Source of the DNA: Haliotis rufescens
Lineage: Eukaryota
NCBI RefSeq assembly: GCF_023055435.1
Contig: NW_025963813.1
Location: 1,984,001-2,048,000, forward strand
Length of the DNA stretch: 64,000 bases
Reading direction: 5' to 3'
Of this stretch, positions 50,161 through 63,783 are shown piece after piece (the first letter of the stretch is position 1; each line of letters opens with the position of its first letter). The position numbers and the translations under genes were made by a program. The notes beneath the pieces were generated by a model. The model was not told where the DNA came from. It saw only the letters and a program-made list of their open reading frames with translations, and did not search any database.

Positions 50161-50493
50161 GACCGCCTCCGTGGTCTAGTGGTAGAGCGGAAGGTCAGGG
50201 GTTCAGTCCCCGGCCGCGTCATACCAAAAGCCGTTTAAAGATGGTACTTTTTTGTTACCCGGCCTGGCGATCGGCATTAAGGGGCTTAAACAAGGACTGG
50301 TCGGCTCGAAGTCAGTATACTGTGTCTGAGTGGGGTATTCATTTTTAACTGCGGCATGGTATCTCAGTGGGCAAGCACTTTTAACGGCATCAGTCCGGAC
50401 TAGTACAAGCACACACACACGTGCAGGCACGTCGCTATAAAATTGCAATAATCTTGAACGCGACGTTAAACCCCATTTCACTTCACCTCACCT
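50161..50493 (+). mobile_element. SINE family C with a 12-bp TSD
   Basis: TSD tctcaggtttca at 50149-50160 and 50493-50504. Confidence 0.9.
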
Positions 50494-50645
50494 CTCAGGT
50501 TTCAAAAAACGAATTAAAACGAATGGTTCACTGGACATGTTGGTTGTTCTGAAAATTAATGTCATGTCTCACAAACTGTTTCCCTCATGCTTCAAGCGAA
50601 AAGGATTTGTAAGTCCATGCAATTATTAAATAGAACATTACTTAC

Positions 50646-50706
50646 TATTGCACGATGCCAGTGTGGACAGAACTGCCAAGGTCGCGAGGAGCAGGAGACG
50701 AGCCAT
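50646..50706 (-). CDS. Single-kringle protein, copy 4, exon 1 (signal peptide MARLLLLATLAVLSTLASCN)
   Basis: 61 nt, donor gtaagt, phase 1; spliced product is 117 aa. Confidence 0.9.
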
Positions 50707-51259
50707 GTTGGATGCTGTGCAGCGGAGACCGACTGGTTGTTGCAACGGAGTAGGTACTACACACGTCGTGGTAGACAGTCAAATGTTGACGTGGATGGCG
50801 CGATTCCCATTTTAAATGATGTACCAACCAATTAACCTCGCTGACAAGTGCGACAGATGCTCATAATGTTTTTGTCCGAGTTAATCTGATCAGTTGCATG
50901 CTATCACATGTATACATCTCCACACATGGATCAAAATTGCATCCAGATATTAGAGAATGGGGACTGGCTGTACATGGTATAAGTCGGTTGTGTTGGGAAT
51001 GGAATTTCAAATGAACCCCAGAGAGTGATTGGCAATGCGCTCGTTGGCTAACTTTTGGAATCAGATAGAACAGAACCGCGTGGTATTTTATGAACCGATT
51101 GGTACCAACTACAGACATGAGTGTGTAATCATATACTGGAAGTACGGTTGGCTAGCATAGTGGTTAAAGCGATCGCTCGTCACAATAAATATTCCGGTTC
51201 GATTCCCAATATGATATGGCTTGAATAATGTAAATCCCAACTCACTAATCCCCCAGGTG

Positions 51260-51845
51260 ACCGCCTACGTGGCCTAGTGGATAGAGCGTCTGCGTGGAAG
51301 AGCGGAAAGTCAATGGTTCGATTCCCGGCCGCGTCATACCCAAATACGTTAAAAGATGGTACTTGTTGTTACACTGCCTGCGCTCGGAATGCTTGCCGTA
51401 AAAGGCGACTGTGCTTGTCGTAAGAGGCGACTAACGGTATCGGGTGGTCAGGCTCGCTGACTTGGTTGATACATGTCATCAATCCCAATTGCGTGGATGA
51501 TATTAATCACTGGATTGACTGGTACAGACTCGATTATTTACCTACCCCCATTATATAGCCGGAATAAACAACAAAACAACCAACCAACTCGGCGCTCGGC
51601 ATTAAGGGGATTGAACAAGGACTGGTCAGTTCGGAGTGTATTGTGTCTCAGTGGGGTATGCGTGTTAAACTGTTAAACACCGGTATTAGTCCGGACTAGT
51701 AATATGAGAATATTGCTTAAAGCGGCGTAAATCAATACTCACTCACTCACACATACACACACACACACAGGCACGCACGCACGCACACACACACACGCAA
51801 ACGCTGACCTTGATAGCGACATTAACCCCATTCGCCTCGCCTCAC
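51260..51845 (+). mobile_element. SINE family C with a nested family D insertion (~51388-51588)
   Basis: The family C body is split at cgctcgg and resumes after the D tail. Confidence 0.8.
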
Positions 51846-52295
51846 TCATACACAAGGCAGTGTCAGCAGGTCGTGATTACGCAAATCCATGGATTCAAAT
51901 ACATAGGGGCTGGTGAGTTGGTGAGTTGGTGGGAATGACTAGCCTGACAGTAACGGGACATGACAGCTGCCGAACAGTATCAACTAACAATCGTACTGGA
52001 TCTATTAATAAGCAGCTGTACCGGTCATTGGAAGGTTTATCGCCAGCTAACGTCCATCATACCAACATGGATTCTGACAATGCATTGTTCAAATTGTCGT
52101 TATGTAGATAATATAGATTCAACATATGTATAATTGGCTCGTGGTAAGTCTTTGATTGGTTTCATGGAAATTGTGTGGATTTGGTACTGACAAGTTGGCG
52201 CATAGGCACACCTGGCCCTGAAAAGTGGTTTCTATCTGCAGGCATTATACACAAAGAAGTGAAAGTTTTGGACCTGACGACGGGCTTGTTTTGTT

Positions 52296-52540
52296 TCGTC
52301 TTAGGCGCCGCGATTCGCTGTGCAGAGTTGCGTCTCTTGGGCACACCAGAAACCTATGATTGTGGGTTCGAATCACGGTTCGCCCCGATTATGTTTCTAG
52401 GTTTGTCAGCACCATACCCATGCTCGTGGGTTTCAGCGAAGTGGTAAACGTCTGAGACCTGCATCACTTCGGGCTTTCCTCCCACTTTTCGCTGACACGC
52501 CGTGATATAACTGGAATACTGTTTAGATCGCCGTTAAACC
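52296..52540 (+). mobile_element. SINE family B, 5' truncated
   Basis: Matches 20930-21180. Confidence 0.85.
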
Positions 52541-53129
52541 TCAAATGAGAGAGGTGAGGAAAATAAAATGTACAAGAAATTGTGAAACAAATTATATCAT
52601 CAACTACATGTCATAATATGATAATGGTTAAATGTGAAGTTTCAACTGTATACATGTTTTTCATTGGACGAGACGTCGGTCACATGACCGCCACAGGTTC
52701 AACATCTTTGGAAATCTCGTCACGTTTATCGTGTCGGCCATTTTGACGTCTTGTATTTGATGTAAAAAATGTATTAAAATGCGCTGTCAAAGTGACTGAC
52801 TCACGGAGGTAGTTCTTTGACACCTCTTTTTATCTAATGATATTTAAATTATCTATTTGCTGTAACCCAACTACAAAAGATGTTCCTGTTGAGCAAGTTG
52901 AGCATACGCTCAGTTCGTTGTTTTATGGTTGCCACACGCTCAAAATGAAATTGTGTTATACATCCCTCGAGGTATGAAATAGTTATATCAAAACAAACAT
53001 TGCTACAGATCCGACGTTCATACAGTTTGATTTCATACTCCAATGAACTCACACAAAGTGAATGTCAATTCTTAATGCTCAAAATAACAGAGATGGAAAT
53101 GAGAGACATCCATTTTTATATTTGTGATA

Positions 53130-53192
<63 letters not shown>

Positions 53193-53289
53193 GGCATGCA
53201 CGTCGCTATATAAGTGCAATAATCTTGGACGCGTCGTAAAATGATGTACAGATATTGCTTATAGCAAGATGGTTAAAAAAAACACCATT

Positions 53290-53430
53290 CCACTGCAGAC
53301 AACATAATTCATTTTACAATCATTAGTAGAGAAACACATAACCCGTCAAAAAGGCACATTTTACTGCGCTTTCGTAGACTTTAAGAAAGCATATGATATG
53401 GTGAATAGAAATAAATTGTTGTTACAGTAG
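53290..53430 (+). mobile_element. Small LINE reverse-transcriptase fragment
   Basis: KKGTFYCAFVDFKKAYDMVNRNKLL matches the RT motif F(V/I)DFxKAFD. Confidence 0.75.
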
Positions 53431-54577
53431 CTTATCCCGGAGAACGGGGCTCCGCGTGGGTCGTATCTCAAGCTACCAACATTTGCATGGTTTGTCAGAT
53501 CTAAAATCGATTACTAAATGTACATATTTACAGTACGTAATATTGATTGGGCGTATCTAATCCCACACGGTCACTCACATGTACGCATGCGTGAAGTGTC
53601 ACGCCCAACCAATCGATTTGTTTATTGGAAAATATAGCATTGTCTTGGATCCACCCCCTTCCTTGTGTACACTAATGGCTTTCCAATGAATTAAATGTTC
53701 TCGTGTAATGTTCAATAGGGTTATAAACATAGATTTTATAAACAAAACCTTATAAATTTCCTGACAATTGATTCAGTCAGTTGTACGGTATGTAATTAAA
53801 TTTGGAGCTGACAGTCAATTGGCAGTATGAAATTGTTGATATATATTGTCTCCAGTATCATAAATAACGAAGCTGGACCGTATAATCGATTTTGAAGTCA
53901 CAGGTGGCTGTGTAAAGACATTTGGGCTGCGTTTTATCAGTGACTAACAGTCATGGACCAACGGCAGAATTTGCTGCAGTAAACAGTCGGAAACAGATGC
54001 TTCGATGATCGTCAGAAACACGATGTTACGTTTGTGTGGTTAATCCAAAGTACGAAGTAATAGGCAGTTTTAATGCAAGCTTGAAAAACAATAATTCGTT
54101 TTTGAATAATCTTCCCTCGACAATCTGACGTATAATAGACTTGCGTAACACATCATTTGACATCTGTCCAAGTATTGCGACGCACGAGGGTACGGTTGAT
54201 AATTACACACATATTCTCACAATTGGGGAAATCGTCACCACGTGATCAGCTGAAAGAACGCTGTATGAAAACCAATTAACAGTTTCCAATTTCAACACAA
54301 AACGCATTCGACGACAATATAAACAAACAAGGTCAACAATTTTATACAAGTTTTAACAGCACACATTTGGTGTACCTGTAAATAGAAAAAGAAACGCAAC
54401 TAGTTATACATTTGAAGGGGATATTGTCATAATGATATTTTTTAACAGAAACTAGATAACACCTCGTCTTCATGGCTACCAAAGCAATCGTACTGTGTCC
54501 AATAAAGAGGTACTTAATTTGAGGAACATGTTCCTGTGGCGAGGGACACGTTGACTCATTGTACCACTGTGTAAATC

Positions 54578-54890
54578 CAGTGTTCGAAATACCTGCCTGC
54601 CCGACCGTCCGAGACGGGTTGATTTCAACTCGGGCTGACAGATTTTCAAATCCCCCTGCCCGACGGTCGGGTTATATTTCATATGTGAAAATATTCTAAA
54701 TATTTCCCGATGATAATCATTAATTCACATTTAAAGATGAATGATAAAAGGTAACCGAAAAGGAACTCTGTTAGCTTTTCCTGAGAAACATATGATTATA
54801 GTGGGCAGGCAGGTTTTGGTCAGGGCTGGCAAGTATTTCAGCTAGCCAGTCCTGTGGTCTGGCTGAAATTTTTGGGAGTTTCATACCCTG
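54578..54890. mobile_element. hAT-like MITE
   Basis: Termini cagtgttcgaaat... and ...gtttcataccctg; gtaaatc(c) duplicated on both flanks. Confidence 0.65.
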
Positions 54891-54914
54891 GTAAATCCAA
54901 CTTGAAAATATTTA

Positions 54915-55136
54915 TTGTTTAACGCCGCACTCAGCAATATTCCAGCTGTATGACGGCGGCCTGTACATAATAAAGTCTGGGCCAGACAATCCAGTGATTG
55001 ATATCAAATTGGGATATGATGGCATGCTTCAGCCTGACCACCCGATCCCGTTAGTCGCCTATTACGACAAGCATAGTCGTATTTTACGCCAAGCATGGGT
55101 TGCTGAAGATCTATTCTACCCCGGGTCTTCACGGGT
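54915..55136 (-). mobile_element. Retroposon family D copy
   Basis: Family body with an intact 5' end. Confidence 0.85.
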
Positions 55137-56109
55137 CCCTGAAATGTATATACATGATGCAGTTGGTGTACAACGTATCGACCAGTTTGCCAATATCTGT
55201 GCCTCTAATCTTTGCCTACGCTACACCTTCAACTCCAGATATGGCGAAGAGCACTCACTCTCTTTGAGATGTGAAAAACCTTCAAATGAGATCGTATCAG
55301 GTGAACCCAGGGCAAAGTGTGACCAACCATACCAACAGAAGGGTCACTGGGTGTCACCTCTCTAAAACTACCAGCTTCAATTCTTCTCAACATCAGAAAA
55401 CAATCAGTCTCGATTCTTTGCCGAAACAGATTCCAGATGGCGTAAACGGCAAAATGGTGATATCAATTATGTGAATGAATCACTGAAAATCAGTTATGAC
55501 ACCAGGTGTTCGCGAAAAGGGTGCGTCTGTCCTATTCTATCGGTAGCACTCACACAGTTATCTTAAAAAAAACATAAGTTTGTTGCCTAATACTCCTACC
55601 ATACGACGGCGGGCTGTTAACAATCGAGTCTGGACCAGACAATCTGGTGATCATAATCACACGACGTCATCATGATCCACGTTGTCGGGATACGATGCCA
55701 CGCCGTCAACCAAGTCACCAAGCCTGATCCTCNNNNNNNNNNNNNNNNNNNNNNNNNNNNNNNNNNNNNNNNNNNNNNNNNNNNNNNNNNNNNNNNNNNN
55801 NNNNNNNNNNNNNNNNNNNNNNNNNNNNNNNNNNNNNNNNNNNNNNNNNNNNNNNNNNNNNNNNNNNNNNNNNNNNNNNNNNNNNNNNNNNNNNNNNNNN
55901 NNNNACACCACCACCACACCACACTACACACACCATAACCACACACACACACACACAAACACACCACACCACATACACACACCACACACACGCACAACCA
56001 CCACACAACACTACACACACCATAACCACACTCACACACACACACACAAACACACCACACCACATACACACAGACCACACCACACCCACCACATACACAC
56101 CACACCACA

Positions 56110-56171
<62 letters not shown>

Positions 56172-56807
56172 TGCACGTCGCTATATAAGTGCAATAATTA
56201 CACAACACGGAAGGATTACAACACGGGTGTCTGTCAGATACCATTTATGTAACAACAAAACGTCTCTAACGAGCGAAAGCTCGTAGTTAAGGCTACAAAA
56301 CTCTTCCCATGAATATTCTCAAGCACGTGAGCCAATACATGCACCAATTAGACGATAGATCTCTTAAAATAGGATAGAATGCTACCCAGTGGAAAATCTG
56401 AATTTTGCTTTGTTTATATTTCAAACAAGAAGTTTTCCGAGCACAGCGTTCGTTTCCACAACTAATGTATTCCGCTTGATTTCATCTTGATAGTTTGTAT
56501 TGGTGACAAAGACCATTTGTCATTTGATTCTAAAATGTATGAGGAATTCAGTGATGTATGTATCGCTGCTGAGTTTGAAATATGCGCGATGTGATAGGCG
56601 TTTCATAACCGGCATACGTGAAATATGATTTTGTAAACGCTATTTCCAATATGGCGGAAAGTACACTTCGGCGTTCGTGTTTGCGTATTTTCTAAAACGT
56701 TCTAGAAGTCTACCCTTGATCACTAATCTGTTATTTTTGAAATTCAATTCTACGATGAGATCTAAATGTCCGATATTTAGATTTGTAAACAAACAACAAA
56801 AAATTAG

Positions 56808-56968
56808 CGAGCGAGTATGGTTTACGCCGCTTTTAGCAATATTCCAGCAATATCACGGCGGGGGACACCAGAAATGGGCTTCACACATTGTACCCATGTC
56901 GGGAATCGAACACGGGTCTTCGGCGTGACGAGCTAACGCTTTAACCACTAGGCTACCCGACCGCCCCC
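56808..56968 (-). mobile_element. SINE family A
   Basis: Reverse complement of the family A consensus. Confidence 0.88.
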
Positions 56969-58560
56969 AACAAATAATTAACGCCGTGAATAATTTAGTA
57001 AAGTATCAAAATATACGATGTATCTTATAATCAGAGGTCACTTTCAGTAGTTTTGCTTTACCTAAAATGACAGTGGATGATATCACAGAAAAGGGTATTT
57101 CCCACAGAATTAAAACTGTGAAGTGTATAAGTGCGCGTAATGTATTTTGATTTTTGTTCGACTTCGGAGTGAGGGTTGATGAGAAGGGACTTATATGTCG
57201 CTGTGGCATCCAGGGGTGTAACACTCTAAAACCATAACGTTCAACACAGACGTAGGTGAACATTCGACAGAAGCACGAGTAACTTAATTAGCAATGACTT
57301 CCGATTAGGAAAGTAGTCCGTCATAATCTGACCTCAGGTCATCGCCATGGAGTAGCCAATCACGGGCCTGGGTGAAATGGGCTTAACACATTGTATCCAT
57401 GTCGGGAATCGAACCTGGGTCTTCAGGTGACGAGCGAACGCTTTAACCACTGGGCTACACGGGCCTGGAATTCGACCCCACACATTTGTTTGATACAAGC
57501 CATCTCAAATGGATTTCCCACCCACAGGTATGTAAGAAACGACACCCTGAGAAACGACAGGACGTTTCATCTGAATGCTTCGCTCACACGAACCGAGTAT
57601 TAAGAAGGATCGCCGCTGATTATCGGTTTCAAAACGTAAAATGACGCTACGCGAGGGTTTGTCAAATCTTCACGCAGTCAGGTATCGTAAAAGATATGAA
57701 TTTAATGAGAGGGAAGAATACTGCACGTCAAAGATGGTGTGTCATTCGATTACATATTAACCGGAGATCATCTGTTTTATACAATATGCCATATTTAATA
57801 TATCTGTAAAAAAACAAGTTTTAAAATTCGTATCTTGATTATAGTTTCTGACGAAACACATTTGTTTCGCAAAGTGACATATTGATATACAAAAAGAGAA
57901 ATAAAATAATCTTCAAACTGTTCCAATAGTTATTTGACTACCGTTTAAGCTTTCTCTTTCTACGGACATTACAAAGAGTATCACACGACTCATCCTCAAA
58001 ACACGTTTGATCAAGTTTACAACATTCAAGGCCTCAGCAAGGCTTTCAAAAAGCGTCATGGTAGACATGTGGAGGACATTTCCACAGTACAAAGTTGGCA
58101 ACCGTGCTGACGGCCATTTACCGCAAACGTATAAAACATAACGGTATATGTCTGCAATCGGAACCTGGGGTAATATCGAGGAGCCTCCGGACCCACACAA
58201 ATTCTGCACTCTTAGCACGTGCACGTAAGGTCACATGATGGGAAGCACATGGCGTTTCAGGCTTCGTTCAAAAAGAAAGTCAGAACGTCCAGACAGGAAC
58301 GTAGACGAGTATTTGTTTTATCTGCGATTTTGGAATCTGCTTACAGATCAAGAAAATGACGAAAGGTTGGAAATTTCTTGGTTTTTTTGTATACCAAAAA
58401 TTGGGTTTTCTTATTTCTATCATTTTAAAGCTCGCCTTATAAACCTGTCATCGATTGAGTCTACAATTAATAGGTTTCTTTCCATGACAATGTATTCAAG
58501 TGTTCCTTGTATTCTGTATTGGTCTTTACTCCACACAATCTGTGGTTCATAAACCGCCAG

Positions 58561-58733
58561 GGGTGGGCGGGTAGCCTGGTGGTTAAAGCGTTCGCTCGTC
58601 ACGCCGAAGACCCGGGTTCGATTCTCGACACGGGTACAATGTGTGAAGCCCATTTCTGGTGTCCCCCGCCGTGATATTGCTGGAATATTGCTAAAAGGGG
58701 CGTAAAACCATACTCACTCACTCACTCACTCAC
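58561..58733 (+). mobile_element. SINE family A
   Basis: A/B boxes, (ACTC)n tail, aaaccgcc flanking repeat. Confidence 0.9.
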
Positions 58734-58779
58734 AAACCGCCGAGCTCGGTGAAGCTGGGCATGCTTCAAACTGTCGTGA

Positions 58780-59076
58780 GGGGGCACGGGCGGCCCAGTC
58801 GTCCAAGGCGGGTGATTCGCTGTGCAGAGTTGCGTCCCTTGGGCACGCCAGAAACCTGTGATTGTGGGTTCGAATCCCGGTTCGCCCCGATTATGTTTCT
58901 AGGTTTGTCAGCACCATACCCGTGCTCGTGGGTTTCACCGAAGTGGTAAACGTCTGAGACCTGCATCACTTCGGGCTTTCCTCCCACATTAAGCTGACAT
59001 GTCGCGCTATAACTGGAATACTGTTAAAAGTGGCGTTACACCAAACTCACTCACTCACTCACTCACTCACTCACTC
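58780..59076 (+). mobile_element. SINE family B
   Basis: Complete head, body and (ACTC)n tail. Confidence 0.9.
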
Positions 59077-62000
59077 AAAATGTCGTCCCTTCAAAGAAAA
59101 TGTTCAAAATGCTGGCCGCTACTGGGATCTGTGCAGTTCTGCATCCGGGAACTCTGCCTTCATTTTCGTTTTGATCGTTTTCACTGTCTGAGTAATAACT
59201 TTGTATACGATCCATTGTAGTTGTTTGTGTTAAATCATCGTAAATGTCATCGAGTCGTCATCTTTCTCAGAAAAGAAATCCTTGAAGACGTTGATGTTGA
59301 TGTTAAACCGGTCCCACTCAGTACCCACCCGACCCCGACCCGAGTACCCCGTCCCGAGTACCCCGTCCCAGGCCTATGGGACCTGTCCATTGTTAGCACT
59401 GCGTGGCGCATTTCTGTTCACTGCTGGTACACGGCACAAGTCTTCTAAGCTGGTTCCCGGCTCCCAATACGCGTCGTCAACTTGCGCCGGTACAGGCTTT
59501 AACCGTCTCTGATATCACAATATGGGAGCCGGTACAGGCCAATGAGACGATGGCTGTGAACGCCTTCTAATCACTCTCCTACCCAGAGTTCCATACGACC
59601 AGCATAGTACCTCGTGTTATGCTGAGTCATAATGAATTAGGTTTACAAAATTCCTAAAAATGTTATGAAGTAGAGAACCTGCCACGGGCTTTCCCCCTGG
59701 ATAAACTTTAAACTGCACCACGCAGACAGATGCACTTAACAGTTTGGAATAGTGTGGGAATTCCCTGTTTGGTCATTTCATCCACTAGCATTTTAAGCCA
59801 ATTAATATTCCTGAAAATGACCTCTGAAACTTAGGTACATAGTAAATGTCGCCATTTTTTACACATTACTAAATCACCACTCACGGCGTTATTTACAGCA
59901 TGTTTATGAAATATAAATTTCGGATATTTACTCGGTGAAATGAATTTCACAAATAGCATATCACGGGTATCTGTCTTTTATCAAATCACCAATGATCATT
60001 CCAAAACGTCGCCGATAACACCAGATTCGTTCAGAATGTTTTGGAAAATACGCAAACACGAACGCTGAAGTGAACACTCCGCCATAATGGAAAGTGTTTA
60101 CACCAAAATCACGTTTCACGTATACCGGTTATGAGATGCCTGTAACATAACGTACATCAAACTTAACTGCGATACATACATCCTTGAATTCCTCGTACAG
60201 AGGAGAAGCAAATGACAAATGGTCTTTGTCACTAATACAAAGTGTCTGGATAAAATCAAGCGAAATAAATTAGGTATGAAAACGAACGCTGTCCTCTAGA
60301 AAATGCAATTGTTTGAAATTTAAACAAAGCAAAATTCAGATTTTACACAGTGTAGCATTTTCTCCTATTTTGAACTATCCATTTGTCTATTCGTTGAATA
60401 CATTGGCTCACCAATTTCAGAATAAGCATGGGCAGAGAATCGTATGAAGAATTAGGAAACTTAAAAATAGATACATTGCAATGGTTGAAATCTCCGTCAT
60501 GTGTGACGCCATGACTGTCGCAAAATCACGCACAGCGACAACGGTACGTATTTATCGGATTTTTTTACTATTTACGTTAATGGTTTCAATGAAAAATATC
60601 ACAGCAAATAACAGTACACAGATTGTCAGAATCAACGAAAGTAACCTCGTAAAATCCCGCGTACTGTTTTCAGTGAACACGAAATTTTGTAAACGTCGGT
60701 CATCGGTAGTGATGTCATACGCCAACATAGTTTTACATATTTGGTAATTTCTTTGAGGTGAAGGTCTTTGAATGAAAGCACAGCTATCCTGCTGTTTACA
60801 GTTTCAATTATGATGCAGAATTTCCATATCTTTTTTACATTTTTTCACACGTTTAATTTCACTTCGGATATTTGTCAATGTTCAATATGATATCATACGT
60901 AGATATAGGCCACAGCATGTAAGAACCTTTGATAATCTCCTGTTTGTTGGAACATTGTTTACATATGGAACTGATAAGTTTATAGTGTCGTATACGATAT
61001 TTCTTTAATTTGTACAAGCGTTACATCATTACCTTACGTTGAGTTACATATTTTTGACAATGCAGTCAATAATTAGGAGATAAACATACTGTGTTTTCAA
61101 TGTTTTCAATTGAATTTGGAACCGAACGCGCAGCGTGAGGTTTCAAATGTTAAATTTAGCGCGGTTAAATCTACAGGTAACCTAGCTCTACATTGGAAAC
61201 ACAGTATGTTTATCTCCATTCTACCATGACTAAATAAAACGCGAACTCTTTGGTGTTAGCAAATAAACTGAGTGAAGCGGCATGTGTTGAGTTCAGTGTT
61301 TTGAGTGGGTTATCGATCTGAATTACGGAATCACCGAACAAAATATGGTGCTGTATATACTCAAGCAGTTTGTTTACACCGTAATACTTCACTCGAACAT
61401 ATGACAGGCATTGAAAGCATAGAAGCACGGCAACTTGGTAAGCTAACATGAGGTGGGCATCCCTAAAGAAAACAAAGCAAGCTTTGCAAGGCTTTCGCTC
61501 TACATCGCGCATCACCATTATGACGTCTATCGCTCATTGTGACGCAAAAAAAATGACGTCACAGTCGTATATAGAAAAGCGCCAAAATTCCAAGCTCTCT
61601 GTTGTCTCCAAAACGTAAATACATTCCCTTTGTTGATTTCTGTCGTGTTTTTCTGCACGAAATGTATTGCCACACATCCTTTGAATATTGTAGTAACCGC
61701 ATCTGTGCATTTCGTAACCTGTAATTTTAGATATAATTATTTAAATATGCCTACCGACAATGACTGAAAATAGTATTATTCTATGAATATTAGCTTCCGC
61801 GGTGATGCGGCCGTCAAACCAGCTGTTTCAATCAGAGAGGGTTTATTGTGATTTAATAGCCTCTGATTGACCAATCAGAATCGAGTAAATTCCAAATTCA
61901 TGGTAGAATGAACGGTACCATGTGCAGAATTGTCTTTTTTAATGCTATTGATCGAGATATGCAGCAAGACAACAATATCCGAACGTAATCATCCAATAAA

Positions 62001-62859
62001 CATATTGCAACCACATACGAGTCGTACAACACATCATATGTCTTACGAGTTATTCCTTGTTTTGTGCCAATGTTGCCACACCAACCAACTTCTTAACATA
62101 AACATTTTTGACGTCATGGAATGAAAAGACAAAATTTGGAATAGTTTCAATGCGACTTTTATATTGTATGCGTGGCTCTACATGCTTCGATCGACATTTT
62201 CAAACTTCCTACATGCGTATCTCGTTCAAATACCTGAGAATATATCATTCGCTCAGAGATTTCTGGCAAGTGTATAATAAATATTTTTCTCCCATTGCAC
62301 AATTTGGGGGTGTCTTCGAAAACCTGCGAAATGTTTATGCAAAGACTATGCTAGACTATGTTTACTATTGTTTCTCTTACATATTGATAGCATGTACGTA
62401 ATGGTGGCACATCTAACAAAATGACTTCAAGCATTTTGTGACGTTTCTCAGAAGAGGCTTTTGTGGAAGGGAAGTGCTTCGTCTAAAAATAGCGACCAAT
62501 GAAAAATTACATAACATAGTGTATGTATAATATTTCGAAGGCGTTCGCAGCCATCGTCTCATTTGCCTGTTCCGGCTCCTCTATTGTGATATTAGAGACG
62601 GGGCCCAGCTTAACAAGTCTTCTTGTTCGGTTAATGGTCAAAGGGGGACAATTCAAAAGTTTCATGCATTCATCTGTGTTTTGTTGTTGGTGTGATATAT
62701 GATGAGTGGAAACGGGTGTATTTTCATGGGCCTCGCACTAACGATTGAGTTTCATTCGGGCCCACCCGGCCTTTTCCGTTACATACCTACGACTCATTGC
62801 GGAGCCGTTCCGTTGACGGTCAAAGGGACAAGGGACACAACTCTTGATTTGTTGTACGC

Positions 62860-63225
62860 TATTCGCTCCCTTTGATTGAGAGCACACAAGCTCCTTCCCA
62901 GCGCGTGACACCTTCGTTACACTCTCGGTAACATCGCGATAGTATAGAGAGTTCCGCGAACGGGCTATCGCTGTGAGGAGCTTGGAGAGCATACGCCCAA
63001 GCTCCTTCCCTGCGCATGACACCTTCCGCGAACAGGCTATCGCTGTGAGGGACTTGAACAAACGCCGTACGTAGTTAAGCTAGAAACAATTAAAACTCCT
63101 CACAGTGATAGCACGTTCGCGGAGCTTTCTATACCAAGCTCCTCACAGCGATATCGAGAGCGTAACGAAGATGTCACGCGCTGGGAAGGAGCTTGTGAGA
63201 GTCTAAACGAAGGGAGTTTACTCTT
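62860..63225. mobile_element. Palindromic MITE-like element with long internally repetitive inverted arms
   Basis: cacaagctccttcccagcgcgtgacaccttcgttac (62885-) is the reverse complement of gtaacgaagatgtcacgcgctgggaaggagcttgtg (-63198). Confidence 0.7.
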
Positions 63226-63542
63226 GTAGAAACATAATTACTTCCCAATGATCATAAACAAAACCACAACAGGTTCAGCGTGATCATTTGCGATGTTTTT
63301 CTATGCCAAATCCATTTTTAGAAAAAAGAAATGAAAATATTGAAATGTACACGTTGAGTTTTAATTCACGTTACTGAATCACCTTAGCAGTATTTAAGTA
63401 GCCAGTGTTATCCCTATTGAACACGTGGGACATGCTAGGACGTTGCGGTCTGTTACGAGAGTGCAGTTCCCTGCCACACTCAAATACCTTCCATCACCCT
63501 TATTACAGTAGTGGCAAAACATCCCTCAACACCAGATAAAGG

Positions 63543-63783
63543 TGTGAAGTACCGGGGTAGAATAGGTCTTCAGCAACCCATGCTTGTCGTAAAAGACGAC
63601 TAACGGGATCGGGTGGTCAGGCTCACTGACTTGGTTGAAACATATGTCATCGTATCTCAATTGAGTGGGTGGATGCTCATGATGTCAATCCATAGATTGT
63701 CTGGTCCAGGCTCGATTATTTACAGACTGCTGTCATATAACTTGAATATTGCTGAGTGCGGCATTAAACAACAAACAAACGAA
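63543..63783 (+). mobile_element. Retroposon family D, full length
   Basis: 5' gtgaag...cagcaacccatgcttgtcgtaaaagacgactaacggg through to the (AAAC)n tail; another 5' end begins at about 63950. Confidence 0.88.

Noticed and set aside
55617-56244. Cys/Val- or His/Thr-rich ORFs
   Set aside because: Degenerate (CA)n microsatellite next to an assembly gap.
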